Made by a program: the position numbers and the translations under genes. A DNA stretch of 64,000 nucleotides from an uncultured Gammaproteobacteria bacterium (lineage in GTDB: Bacteria; Pseudomonadota; Gammaproteobacteria; Steroidobacterales; SZUA-146): positions 2,128 through 66,127 of the forward strand of contig CAWUKD010000002.1 of NCBI GenBank assembly GCA_963922815.1, given 5' to 3'. Under the pieces are notes generated by a model that did not search any database, was not told the DNA's origin, and saw nothing but the letters and a program-made list of their open reading frames with translations. Positions within the stretch are counted from its first letter, which is position 1; every line of letters starts with the position of its first letter. Shown piece by piece: positions 9,546 through 18,222 of this stretch.

Positions 9546-9717
9546 ATGGGTACCTCTGTTGTGGTGTGATGAGGGCGGTCTTGCCGCGGCTGTCTTTATA
9601 GACGCGTCGGCGGTCGAAAGGGTTGCGACTGTTATGAAGTGTGCTTACCTATTGTTTTTATTGAAAAAAAGGCTTCTGCCTGGAGCATCGACCGCAGAGA
9701 TGGCTTGGCTTGACACA

Positions 9718-9733
9718 TTGACAACGTTGTCAA
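9718..9733. promoter_or_regulatory. perfect 16-bp palindrome TTGACAACGTTGTCAA, LacI-family operator-like
   Basis: Perfect dyad with a central CG, the layout of LacI/GalR-type operators. It sits in the divergent DUF885 / GH16 intergenic region. Confidence 0.5.
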
Positions 9734-10283
9734 TTTGATTCACGATGGGCGTTGCGTGTTAGATAGCGGCCGGTACCCGAGAGGGAGTCGGTGCCACGCA
9801 GCTGATGCAGAGGTCGACGGGAACGCGGCATTTGCCCACAGGCTTGAGACAATAAGCCGTCCTTCGTGTGAAGGAAATAAAACGGGTAAACGTCGGTGTA
9901 GCGACCATTGGATAGGCAGAAGCATCAGCAAGATGGATAATTCGGAGTTTTTATGTCGAAACGCGGCTTGTAGCCCGTTTAGACACGGTACGATCTGGTC
10001 GAAGCGAACAATAAGAAATGGCAAACCAGGCCGTAGCGCAAACAATGCGCTGCTGTTCTGAACAGGGTAACCCTTGAATGTCCTTCCGATCGTTCACCTT
10101 TTTCAAGGCCGTGGTCGATGCTTTTGAGTTAACCGGTGGCACATGTCGCGACACGTCGGGGCTGATTGTGGGGATTAGCAGCGACAGATCAACGCTGACA
10201 ACCGATTGGAAATATCTCGCCGGAGCTTCTCTAACACGCTCTTTTTCACGTTCGTACTACGCTGGCACAAATAACATTGGAAC

Positions 10284-12026
10284 ATGATGAATAAAACTAA
10301 CAGGTATTCGCTCCCATTTGCCGGTGCGACACTCAGAACGATCGCACTGGCCGGCATGGTTTTTGTTTGCGCCGGGGCGCAGGCGAACTGTTCGGTCAAT
10401 CCGGATTGTCCTTTGGTGTGGGCTGACGAGTTTGATGGCAATCAGCTTGATCAGAGTAAATGGAGTTACCAGATCGGAAACGGCCAGCTATACGGTTTAC
10501 CTGGCTGGGGTAATAATGAACTCCAGTACTACACAGACTCGAACGACACAGTAGCTAACGGCGTACTCACGATCACAGCCAAAAACGACGGCGCGGGTGG
10601 CTATCCCTATACCTCTACGCGAATTCGTTCGCTGAACAAGGGTGATTTCACTTACGGGCGTTTTGAGATGCGCGCCAAGCTGCCGACGGGGCAGGGCATG
10701 TGGCCGGCGTTCTGGATGTTGCCCACGGACAGTTCAATTTACGGTACCTGGGCTGCCAGCGGCGAAATCGACATCATGGAACAAACGGGCGATGATCCCG
10801 ACCACATTTTTGGAACCCTCCACTACGGTGGATCGTTTCCGCAGAACACCTTTTCCGGCAGTGGAACCAATTTGCCGACGGGTTCCGCCAACGCCGAATT
10901 TCATACGTATGCCATTGAATGGCAGCTCGATGAAATCCGCTGGTACATTGACGACGAACTCTACGCGGTTCAAAGCGCCTGGTTTTCCCAGTCTGGTCCT
11001 TACCCGGCTCCATTTGACGTAGATTTTCATATGCTGCTCAATCTTGCGGTCGGCGGAAATCTGCCGGGAAATCCTGATGGTTCTACCGTATTCCCGATGG
11101 ACTACGTCATTGATTATGTTCGCGTTTACCAATTGGAACCTGACGTGCCACCGGCCGCGTCTGTGCTGTTTGATGATCTTGATCACGGTGCCCCCGGCGA
11201 CAACGGCTGGTTCAGCTTTAACGGCCAGGTGGGCGGCGGAGGCATTAGCGCCGTTTCCGGAAACGTTCCGCCTGTAGTGGGTGGCAGCTCGGCGCTTGAA
11301 GTGGGCTTTGGAACCGGAGGCGCATCAGGCTTTGCCGGAGGCATCGGTCGTACGGCCCCGACAGACCTGCTGGGCATGTCGCAGTTCAATTTCTGGATTA
11401 ACCCGGCTGCCAATCAGAATTATCGCATTGAGATAAATTTGCAGGACGATGACAACGGCGACAATATCACGTCAAACCCACCGGATGGCCAGGACGATGA
11501 GTATCAGTTTAACTGCGACATCAGTCCTGCCGGACCCTGTGCTGTGGCAGGCGGTGGCTGGCAGCAAATTACGATTCCGTTCTCCAGCTTTTTTGATGAC
11601 AGCAGCTATCACTGGGGTGGCAACGGCGTGTTCGACCCGTATGCGGGTGGAAACGGCCCGCTGACCGACATCGTCATGACCTTCATTTCTAACGGCACAG
11701 GCATTAATTTTGTCACCGACGAGTGGGTGTTTTCTTCGGGGCCGGATAGTGACGGCGACGGGGCTTTTGATGCCGAGGATAATTGCACGGTTTTGAGTAA
11801 TCCCGAGCAAATTGATACGGACGGCGACGGCTTTGGAAACGCCTGTGACGCTGATCTGAATAACGACGGCATTGTAAACTTTATCGACCTGTCCGTATTT
11901 AGCGGCCTGTTCCTTGGTCCAGATACCGTTGCCGACTTTAACGGTGACGGCTCCGTTAATTTTCTGGATTTGATTATCATGCAAAACCAGTTCTTTCTTC
12001 CACCGGGACCGGCTGCAGGACAATAA
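10284..12026 (+). CDS. secreted GH16 beta-glucanase (laminarinase-like) with CBM-like middle domain and TSP3/dockerin-like C-terminal module
   Basis: Signal peptide, GH16 catalytic motif GEIDIMEQ (ExDxxE), WPAFWMLP. The C-terminus reads DSDGDGAFDAEDNC...DTDGDGFGNACD plus two D.N.DG.VNF.DL repeats. Confidence 0.9.
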   Translation: MMNKTNRYSLPFAGATLRTIALAGMVFVCAGAQANCSVNPDCPLVWADEFDGNQLDQSKWSYQIGNGQLYGLPGWGNNELQYYTDSNDTVANGVLTITAKNDGAGGYPYTSTRIRSLNKGDFTYGRFEMRAKLPTGQGMWPAFWMLPTDSSIYGTWAASGEIDIMEQTGDDPDHIFGTLHYGGSFPQNTFSGSGTNLPTGSANAEFHTYAIEWQLDEIRWYIDDELYAVQSAWFSQSGPYPAPFDVDFHMLLNLAVGGNLPGNPDGSTVFPMDYVIDYVRVYQLEPDVPPAASVLFDDLDHGAPGDNGWFSFNGQVGGGGISAVSGNVPPVVGGSSALEVGFGTGGASGFAGGIGRTAPTDLLGMSQFNFWINPAANQNYRIEINLQDDDNGDNITSNPPDGQDDEYQFNCDISPAGPCAVAGGGWQQITIPFSSFFDDSSYHWGGNGVFDPYAGGNGPLTDIVMTFISNGTGINFVTDEWVFSSGPDSDGDGAFDAEDNCTVLSNPEQIDTDGDGFGNACDADLNNDGIVNFIDLSVFSGLFLGPDTVADFNGDGSVNFLDLIIMQNQFFLPPGPAAGQ

Positions 12027-12054
12027 ATCAATAACGATTGAGTAACTGGTACGC

Positions 12055-12104
12055 GAACGCTCTGCCTGAGGTCAGCATAACGACTTCAGGACAGAGCGTT
12101 TTTG
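12055..12104 (+). terminator. probable intrinsic terminator (imperfect long hairpin + T5)
   Basis: GAACGCTCTGCCTGAGGTC pairs with GACTTCAGGACAGAGCGTT and is followed by TTTTT. Confidence 0.5.
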
Positions 12105-12190
12105 CGTTGTGATGCAAACAGCCGAACCAATCTCGCATTGAACGGTGAACTGCCGGTTGTGCCGTACGTCAGACGGCGTTCTGTGAAGCC

Positions 12191-12922
12191 CTAGCCGAGA
12201 GACCTGGACCGACGCAAGGTTTTGGCCACCGCACGCCAGACCAGGGGATTGGTTCCAAGACCGATATGTGAGCCCGGAACACGGATGTGCCTGGCTTGCG
12301 GGTTATAGCGGTCAATGGCCGCCCGCCAGCCGACAATTCCGTCGGACCGGCTGTAAATAACGGTGAGGGGTTGCGTGATACCCTTGGTATTGACGCTGTG
12401 GATGTGCTCTTCGAACGCATCAAGATCAAGGTTTTGTTTCCTGGCATAAAGCTGTGCGGTCGAAGTGTATTTGGGGCCGCCTTCAACCGGCGTACCGAAT
12501 GTGATGACTTCACGCACCGTGGCGGGGGACAGCCGGGCGGCTTCCCGGGCGATCACGCCGCCGAGACTCCAGCCGACAAGCGTAATTTTTTCGTCACTTT
12601 GCCGAACGGAATCTATGTGGTCGATCAGGACTTTGGCGTCGCGCTCGGGGCGGCCTCTGTTGCGGCCCTGCGACCACGGCAGGGCGGTATAGCCCAGGTA
12701 GTCGAGGTAGCGCCGCATCGGCCACGTTGAGGTGTCGTCAGCGAGAAATCCCGGTACCAACATGACCTGACGCCCGTCGCCACGTGGCATGCTCAGAAGC
12801 CAGGGTGCCGCAGGGACCAGCGTCAACGTTTCAAACGGGGCTCTTGCTTCCAGGTATTTGCCCAGACGTGCCGGTGGTTTGAGCCGAAACTCGGTCTCGC
12901 GATTTAGATTGGGTGAGGGCAT
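12191..12922 (-). CDS. alpha/beta-fold hydrolase (esterase/lipase-like)
   Basis: 243 aa with the nucleophile elbow GWSLGG (GxSxG) in alpha/beta hydrolase context. Confidence 0.7.
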   Translation of the reverse strand: MPSPNLNRETEFRLKPPARLGKYLEARAPFETLTLVPAAPWLLSMPRGDGRQVMLVPGFLADDTSTWPMRRYLDYLGYTALPWSQGRNRGRPERDAKVLIDHIDSVRQSDEKITLVGWSLGGVIAREAARLSPATVREVITFGTPVEGGPKYTSTAQLYARKQNLDLDAFEEHIHSVNTKGITQPLTVIYSRSDGIVGWRAAIDRYNPQARHIRVPGSHIGLGTNPLVWRAVAKTLRRSRSLG

Positions 12923-13233
12923 GCAGGTCGCCTGAACAGGAGGTTAGTGACGGAGTGTAATCGATTACAGCCTGAAATGGTGCTATGCGGCATAAATTCA
13001 AGGCCATTCTGTGAGTATTCCCGCTCGGAGAGGCTGCCGTACGGGCATTCCGCGCTCGAAACCTGCTCAATCAGGTCGTTGTGGCACAGTTTCCAGATGG
13101 CCGGGTACCCCAGACTGCAGCCGCAAATCTGTCGGCAAGCTACTGAATGAGGCGCCTCCAGGCCGCCGCAATCGCGGCACGTGACAGCGGCACGGCAGAT
13201 TCTGCTACATTCGACATCGTCCGCGAAGGGAGA

Positions 13234-14901
13234 ATGTCGACTATGGCAAGTGGCCTGATTAAAAGCACCGCGTGCGTTCTAACGCTTGTCCTGGCGTCAC
13301 CGGCCGTTGCCCAACTCCCTGATCCGCTTCCGGAGCCGGTTTCAGCCGGTGAACTGGGCGTTCGCATCGTCGACTGGGTTCAGGTCCCGTCCAGCGGCAA
13401 TCCGCCGTTGCCTGCTCGCATTAACCTGGCTCATCATGCCCCCGATTCAAGTGGCCGGCTGTTCGTTAACGATCAGCGCGGTCTGTTGCACGTCATCAGC
13501 AATGATCAAATCAGCCTCTATCTGAATCTGAACGAGACCATTCCCGAGGCGCTTTCAGTGTCGTCCTTTGGCAATGGCTTTCACTCGTTCGCCTTTCATC
13601 CCGGTTTTGCATCGAACGGCATGTTTTATACCGTGCATATGGAAGACCCGTCTACGGGCACGGCCGACCTGTTGCAGCAGGAGAACGAAGACGTTGTTGT
13701 GCATAGCGTGGTTACAGAATGGATAGCCAACGTGCCGTCGGATAACGTGTTTTCAGGTGCTCACAGTGAACTGCTGAGGATTGAGCAGCCCCGTTTTGCA
13801 CACACCATTCAGGAGATTGGCTTCAATCCCAATGCGCTGCCGGTTCACGCCGACTACGGCATGCTGTACATCGGTCAGGGCGACGGGGCGCGGTTTGTGA
13901 CAGATCGGCCGCAATCGCTGGATTCGCCGCACGGGTCGCTGCTTCGGATCGATCCGTCAGGCAATAATTCGCCCAGTGGTCGTTACGGAATACCGGCGGA
14001 CAATCCGTTTGCGTCCGACGGCGATCCACAAACCCTGGGCGAAATATGGGCCTACGGATTCCGCAATCCCCACCGCTTTTCCTGGGATACACAAGGCGAT
14101 CAGAAAATGCTGATTGGAGATATTGGCCAGGCGAATATTGAAGAAATCAATTTGGGTGCCATCGGCGAGAACTATGGCTGGAATGAACGCGAGGGTACCT
14201 TTCTGCTCGATACCAGCGCGATTAACGACGTGTTCGAATTGCCGCCGGATGATGCCGTCAACGACTATCGCTATCCGGTGGCCCAGTATGATCACGACGA
14301 GGGCAGTGCCGTAGTCGGCGGGTTTGTTTATCGTTCGACGGCGATTCCGGAGCTGGCTGGCCAATACCTGTTTGGCGATATTGTAAACGGCAGAATTTTT
14401 TATGTGGACGTTGACTATCTGGTTCAGGGGCGTCAGGCCACAGTTCGTGAATTACAGCTGATTGACGACAATGGCCTGGCTACCAACTTGCTGAGCCTGG
14501 TTAACGATACGCGCGCGGACTTGCGTTTTGGGCTGACCGAAGACCAGGAGATTGTCGTGCTGACCAAAACGGACGGCATGATGCGCAGGCTTGAATCATT
14601 GAGCCCGTCGGACAGCGATGGAGACGGCGTGGCCGATCCGGTAGATAACTGCCAGCTCGTTGCCAATAGTTCGCAGTACGATGCTGACCTTGACGGTTTT
14701 GGCAACGCTTGTGATACGGATACGGACAACAACTGCACCGTAAACTTTATCGATGTCAGCGCGTTCGCAAACAGTTTTCTCGGTACGAGTGCTGTGCATG
14801 ATTTCGACGGCAACGGAGTCGTCAATTTTCTGGATTTGATTGTTTTGTCGAACAGTTTCCTCGGCGTACCCGGGCCCAGTGCGATTGGCGACTGCCCTTA
14901 G
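13234..14901 (+). CDS. secreted PQQ-dependent sugar (glucose/sorbosone-type) dehydrogenase-like beta-propeller with TSP3/dockerin-like C-terminal module
   Basis: I moved the start to ATG 13234 (GAAGGGA upstream), which gives a signal peptide ending LASPAVAQ. Motifs seen: HGSLLRIDP, YGIPADNPF, EIWAYGFRNPHRFSWD, GENYGWNEREG. The tail is homologous to that of the GH16 protein. Confidence 0.75.
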   Translation: MSTMASGLIKSTACVLTLVLASPAVAQLPDPLPEPVSAGELGVRIVDWVQVPSSGNPPLPARINLAHHAPDSSGRLFVNDQRGLLHVISNDQISLYLNLNETIPEALSVSSFGNGFHSFAFHPGFASNGMFYTVHMEDPSTGTADLLQQENEDVVVHSVVTEWIANVPSDNVFSGAHSELLRIEQPRFAHTIQEIGFNPNALPVHADYGMLYIGQGDGARFVTDRPQSLDSPHGSLLRIDPSGNNSPSGRYGIPADNPFASDGDPQTLGEIWAYGFRNPHRFSWDTQGDQKMLIGDIGQANIEEINLGAIGENYGWNEREGTFLLDTSAINDVFELPPDDAVNDYRYPVAQYDHDEGSAVVGGFVYRSTAIPELAGQYLFGDIVNGRIFYVDVDYLVQGRQATVRELQLIDDNGLATNLLSLVNDTRADLRFGLTEDQEIVVLTKTDGMMRRLESLSPSDSDGDGVADPVDNCQLVANSSQYDADLDGFGNACDTDTDNNCTVNFIDVSAFANSFLGTSAVHDFDGNGVVNFLDLIVLSNSFLGVPGPSAIGDCP

Positions 14902-14986
14902 TGTGTGATCGGGCAGGCCGAAAAACGCTTTGTTAACAAGCGCCTGGCAGTAACGCACCAGCGTGAGGCGGGCGCGGATAAAAAAA

Positions 14987-15015
14987 GGCCCGTGGATATA
15001 TCGTATCCACGGGCC
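14987..15015. terminator. bidirectional hairpin terminator between convergent genes
   Basis: GGCCCGTGGATA-TATCG-TATCCACGGGCC is a perfect 12-bp stem, with an A-run upstream. Confidence 0.7.
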
Positions 15016-15037
15016 GCAGAGTGTGATGACGGACCAA

Positions 15038-15856
15038 TTAGTCGTTGTGGTTAAATATATGTACGTCGCGCTGTGGAAACGGAATGTTGACCCCGGCGTT
15101 ATCAAGCGCTTTTTTGACCACTTCGTTAAGGTCGTGTGATGCTGGCGCATACTTGCTGGAATGAACCCACGGGCGCACGGCAAGGTTTACCGAACTGTCC
15201 CCAAGCTCGGCAACCGTAACGGCCGGCGCAGGATCTTTGACCACGTACTGATTGTCGCGAATGGCGGCTAGAATCACTTCCCGGGCTTTGTCGATGTCAT
15301 CGGCATACCCTATGCCGACCACCAGCTCCATTCGACGAAGCTCTGACTCGGTGTAGTTAATGATCTGATCACTCATGATCTGGCCATTGGGAATAATGAT
15401 CTTGGTTTTGTCCGGGGTGCGCAGCACAGTGGTGAAGATTTCGACTTCCTCAACAAATCCTTCGGTACCTGCCACGCTAACCAGGTCGCCCAGCTTGTAG
15501 GGGCGGAAAATGATCATCAACACGCCAGCGGCAAAGTTGGAAAGCGATCCTTGCAGCGCCAAACCAATTGCGAGGCCGGCGGCACCGATAACAGCAACAA
15601 GCGACGCGGTTTGAATACCAAGAGCGCCAATGGTTGCAATGATGACAAACGTCAGCAGCACTGCGTAGATCATGTTACGCACGAATTTACGCAGCATGTC
15701 GTCCATGCCGCCCCGTTTCATGACGCGATCGGCAACGTTTCGCAGGATTTTCGCAATCATTCGACCAATGATGAATATGGCCAGGGCTTTCAGCGCCAGG
15801 AGTCCATATTCAATGCCAAATGCCTGAATTTTGGGTAACCATTCTTCAAAGTTCAT
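15038..15856 (-). CDS. mscS: small-conductance mechanosensitive channel (MscS family)
   Basis: Start at ATG 15854-15856 (MNFEEWLPKIQ...). Three TM helices and the MscS core ASLVAVIGAAGLAIGLALQGSLSNFAAGVLMIIFRPYKLGDLV. Confidence 0.85.
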   Translation of the reverse strand: MNFEEWLPKIQAFGIEYGLLALKALAIFIIGRMIAKILRNVADRVMKRGGMDDMLRKFVRNMIYAVLLTFVIIATIGALGIQTASLVAVIGAAGLAIGLALQGSLSNFAAGVLMIIFRPYKLGDLVSVAGTEGFVEEVEIFTTVLRTPDKTKIIIPNGQIMSDQIINYTESELRRMELVVGIGYADDIDKAREVILAAIRDNQYVVKDPAPAVTVAELGDSSVNLAVRPWVHSSKYAPASHDLNEVVKKALDNAGVNIPFPQRDVHIFNHND

Positions 15857-16037
15857 AACGTGTCCCTTGTGGAGTTGATCGTTGGCCGACCCGGCCGCGG
15901 CGGAGCCTAGGATATAACGAAATTGTCGGCTAACGCACCTGTGCAACAAACGTTTACCAATCTTCGGCGCTTGCAGGGAGCACAATTTCGCCGCATTCTG
16001 TGATTATCGATCAGTGAATTCCTGAAGCGTGCTGATA

Positions 16038-16520
16038 ATGACCGAGAACGTACAAATTTCGCGCGGTGCTTACGCCGTCCCCGACACCGAGCTCAAAGAC
16101 AAGGCTCGCATCGGGGTCGACGCCGGGTTGGGCCGACGCTTCTTTAATCTGCTGTTCGATACGCTGGCGATACTGGTGATTTCAGAATTCCTGCTGCCAA
16201 TTGTATGGTTGTTTTTGGTCGATGGTCGTGAGCTGGCGGCTGTAGATATGTTTTATATGGAACTGACCCCTGACTTCCTGCCCTTCGTGCTGATTATCTA
16301 CTACGTGCTGTTTGAGTGGCTGACAGGCCGTACGCCCGGCAAGGTGGTCACCAGCACTTATGTGGTCAACCAGGATGGTCATTCACCAGGTTTTTGGCCG
16401 ACGGTGGCCAGAAGTTGTGTTCGACTCGTTCCGTTCGAGCTCGTGTCAATCTATTTCAGCGCGAACCGCCGCAGCTGGCACGATCTGGTGTCGCGAACCC
16501 AGGTGGTCGTGCGCATTTAG
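16038..16520 (+). CDS. RDD family membrane protein
   Basis: RDD-type layout: RRFFNLLFDTL..., TM helices, and C-terminal SWHDLVSRTQVV. ATG 16038 is preferred over GTG 16029. Confidence 0.7.
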   Translation: MTENVQISRGAYAVPDTELKDKARIGVDAGLGRRFFNLLFDTLAILVISEFLLPIVWLFLVDGRELAAVDMFYMELTPDFLPFVLIIYYVLFEWLTGRTPGKVVTSTYVVNQDGHSPGFWPTVARSCVRLVPFELVSIYFSANRRSWHDLVSRTQVVVRI

Positions 16521-16993
16521 GATCGACACTCAAGAGGTACCATGCTGCGCAGCGCCGTGGATGCGTTTGTGCCCATGCGAGTCATGCCGGGTGGAGCCTG
16601 ACGATACCCGCAGCTCCAGTCGATCGGGCTTCGCGGACTTCCGGTCACCATCAGTGGCTGCAGCGAGAGTGTTTTGGCGTCGACAACTTTATTAACGTGG
16701 TGTCCAAAGGTGATATTAATGACGCCGTTGTCGATCGCGACAGCGGCGACATAATTGCCCAGAATCTTGTCGGCCGGTGGAATTCCGAGAGCTTCATTGT
16801 TCACCGGAAACCGGCCATTCAGACGATAGTAGTCAACGACATCCTGCTGGTAGGGGGCTGCGAGTGCTATTCCTTCCTGTATCTGTTTGGCTACGATGCG
16901 ATTCATGAAGTTGGGCATGGCGTAGCTGCTGACAATTCCCATGATGGCTATGACAATCATCATTTCGAGTAGTGTAAAACCTCTGGCGAACAT
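16517..16993 (-). CDS. type IV pilin (prepilin N-terminal cleavage/methylation domain)
   Basis: MFARG|FTLLEMMIVIAIMGIVSSYA has G-1/F+1/E+5. A C-terminal Cys pair (WSCGY...PLEC) fits a disulfide loop. Confidence 0.85.
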   Translation of the reverse strand: MFARGFTLLEMMIVIAIMGIVSSYAMPNFMNRIVAKQIQEGIALAAPYQQDVVDYYRLNGRFPVNNEALGIPPADKILGNYVAAVAIDNGVINITFGHHVNKVVDAKTLSLQPLMVTGSPRSPIDWSCGYRQAPPGMTRMGTNASTALRSMVPLECRS

Positions 16994-17036
16994 GGCGTTT
17001 CCTTGATGTGCAGTTTGGTGGCGTAGAAGGAATGAA

Positions 17037-17981
17037 TCAGATGGCGCCCATTCGGAAAATCGGACGATAGTAATCGGTAATCATCAGGAACAGAACAATT
17101 GCCGTAACGGCGGTGACTATCTTGTTCCATAGAGACGACGCGTGATCAATCGCGCTGTCCACGCGACGCCTGGACTCTTCCAACTGATAGGAGAACTCGT
17201 TCTCAACCGTATCCAGCTTCATCGCCAGCTTTAGAGCGTTATCTTGCGACGGGTTGTCCACGGAGACCGCGTGGCGGGAAAGATCGGCACTCTTCGCAGG
17301 ACTTAACCCGCTGCGCACGAACAGCTGCTGCAGACCTGTAGAAAGGAACTGTTTGAGCGCCGAATTGATGGCGGACACGCCCGGCAAAAAGTGCACGGGC
17401 GCTGCGAAGTCTTTGCCAGAGCCCAGGGCATAGCTGCTTTTCAACGAAAGCCCGTACATTAGAACAGACAGGCCGGACAAAATTAAAAAAATCAGGGGAT
17501 AGCCGAACAGGCCGAGGTGGTACAAAGGTGACAGCTCCACCGGCATAGCGGTCGTGAGCATCGAGTTTATACTCACCATTTGCGGATACACGTGAAAGAC
17601 ATAAACGCAGCTGACGATCAGGCCAACCAGGCAGAGCACTATCATGTACGAGTAGCGAGTGACCAGACTTTGGCGAATTTCGGCCCCGATGTCCCGGAGC
17701 TGATCGCCCAGAACCAGTGCCGCCATTAACAGTGCAGGGCGTTGTTCGGGTTCAATGTCCGACTGATCCAGAACCCGGCTTAATCCGCCCAGTTGATTCG
17801 CGATAAACGGTTCGGCTGCAACACCATGCCGGGTTGCCGCGAGTCGTGTCAGCAGTGACCGGTAGCTGTCGTCGCATTCGTTTTGCAGCTGAGTCAGCGC
17901 CTCGGCATGGCTGTCGCCGCGCTGGCGGAGCCAGTTGTATTGGCGTGCAAGGTGTCTGAGTCGGGCCTCGTCCTGTTGCAT
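17037..17981 (-). CDS. membrane protein, very divergent GspF/PilC (T2SS-F) platform-like
   Basis: 314 aa. Topology is soluble N-domain, 2 TM helices, about 100-aa loop, then a C-terminal TM helix ending YYRPIFRMGAI (compare PilC ...LPIF...). The gene is real by length and context; the family assignment is by eye only. Confidence 0.5.
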   Translation of the reverse strand: MQQDEARLRHLARQYNWLRQRGDSHAEALTQLQNECDDSYRSLLTRLAATRHGVAAEPFIANQLGGLSRVLDQSDIEPEQRPALLMAALVLGDQLRDIGAEIRQSLVTRYSYMIVLCLVGLIVSCVYVFHVYPQMVSINSMLTTAMPVELSPLYHLGLFGYPLIFLILSGLSVLMYGLSLKSSYALGSGKDFAAPVHFLPGVSAINSALKQFLSTGLQQLFVRSGLSPAKSADLSRHAVSVDNPSQDNALKLAMKLDTVENEFSYQLEESRRRVDSAIDHASSLWNKIVTAVTAIVLFLMITDYYRPIFRMGAI

Positions 17982-17998
17982 GAGTATCCATTGGTCAG

Positions 17999-18012
17999 CG
18001 AAAACGTTGTCG
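17999..18012. promoter_or_regulatory. weak LacI-type operator-like dyad CGAAAACGTTGTCG
   Basis: Matches 11/14 to the core TGACAACGTTGTCA and lies 18 nt upstream of the GspF-like start codon. A match of this quality could occur by chance. Confidence 0.25.
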
Positions 18013-18222
18013 GGTCGACTGGCACTATCATCATCAGGCCATCATACGTTCGCTCGGTGACCCGGCGCAATGTCCATCAAGGCCCGAAACGCGCGTCAGA
18101 TCACCGCCCGTAACGACGCTCAGGCGGTACTCAGGAATCAGCCTGAACGTTGCGTCGTGCGATTGCGGTGGCTCAAATGACGTGTCGAATACCACGTGCC
18201 GGACGCGCGATTTTCGGGGTGG

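Noticed and set aside
9735-10287. ORFs of 67-108 aa on both strands in the long DUF885/GH16 intergenic region.
   Set aside because: They mutually overlap, have Arg/Cys-rich improbable compositions, and lack RBSs and motifs. I treat them as non-coding leader or promoter DNA.
13082-13100. TGGCAC sequences that could be sigma-54 -24 elements (13082 upstream of the PQQ dehydrogenase gene; 24459 upstream of the SLC13 gene region).
   Set aside because: Neither has a correctly spaced TTGC(A/T) -12 element (GG-N10-GC fails).
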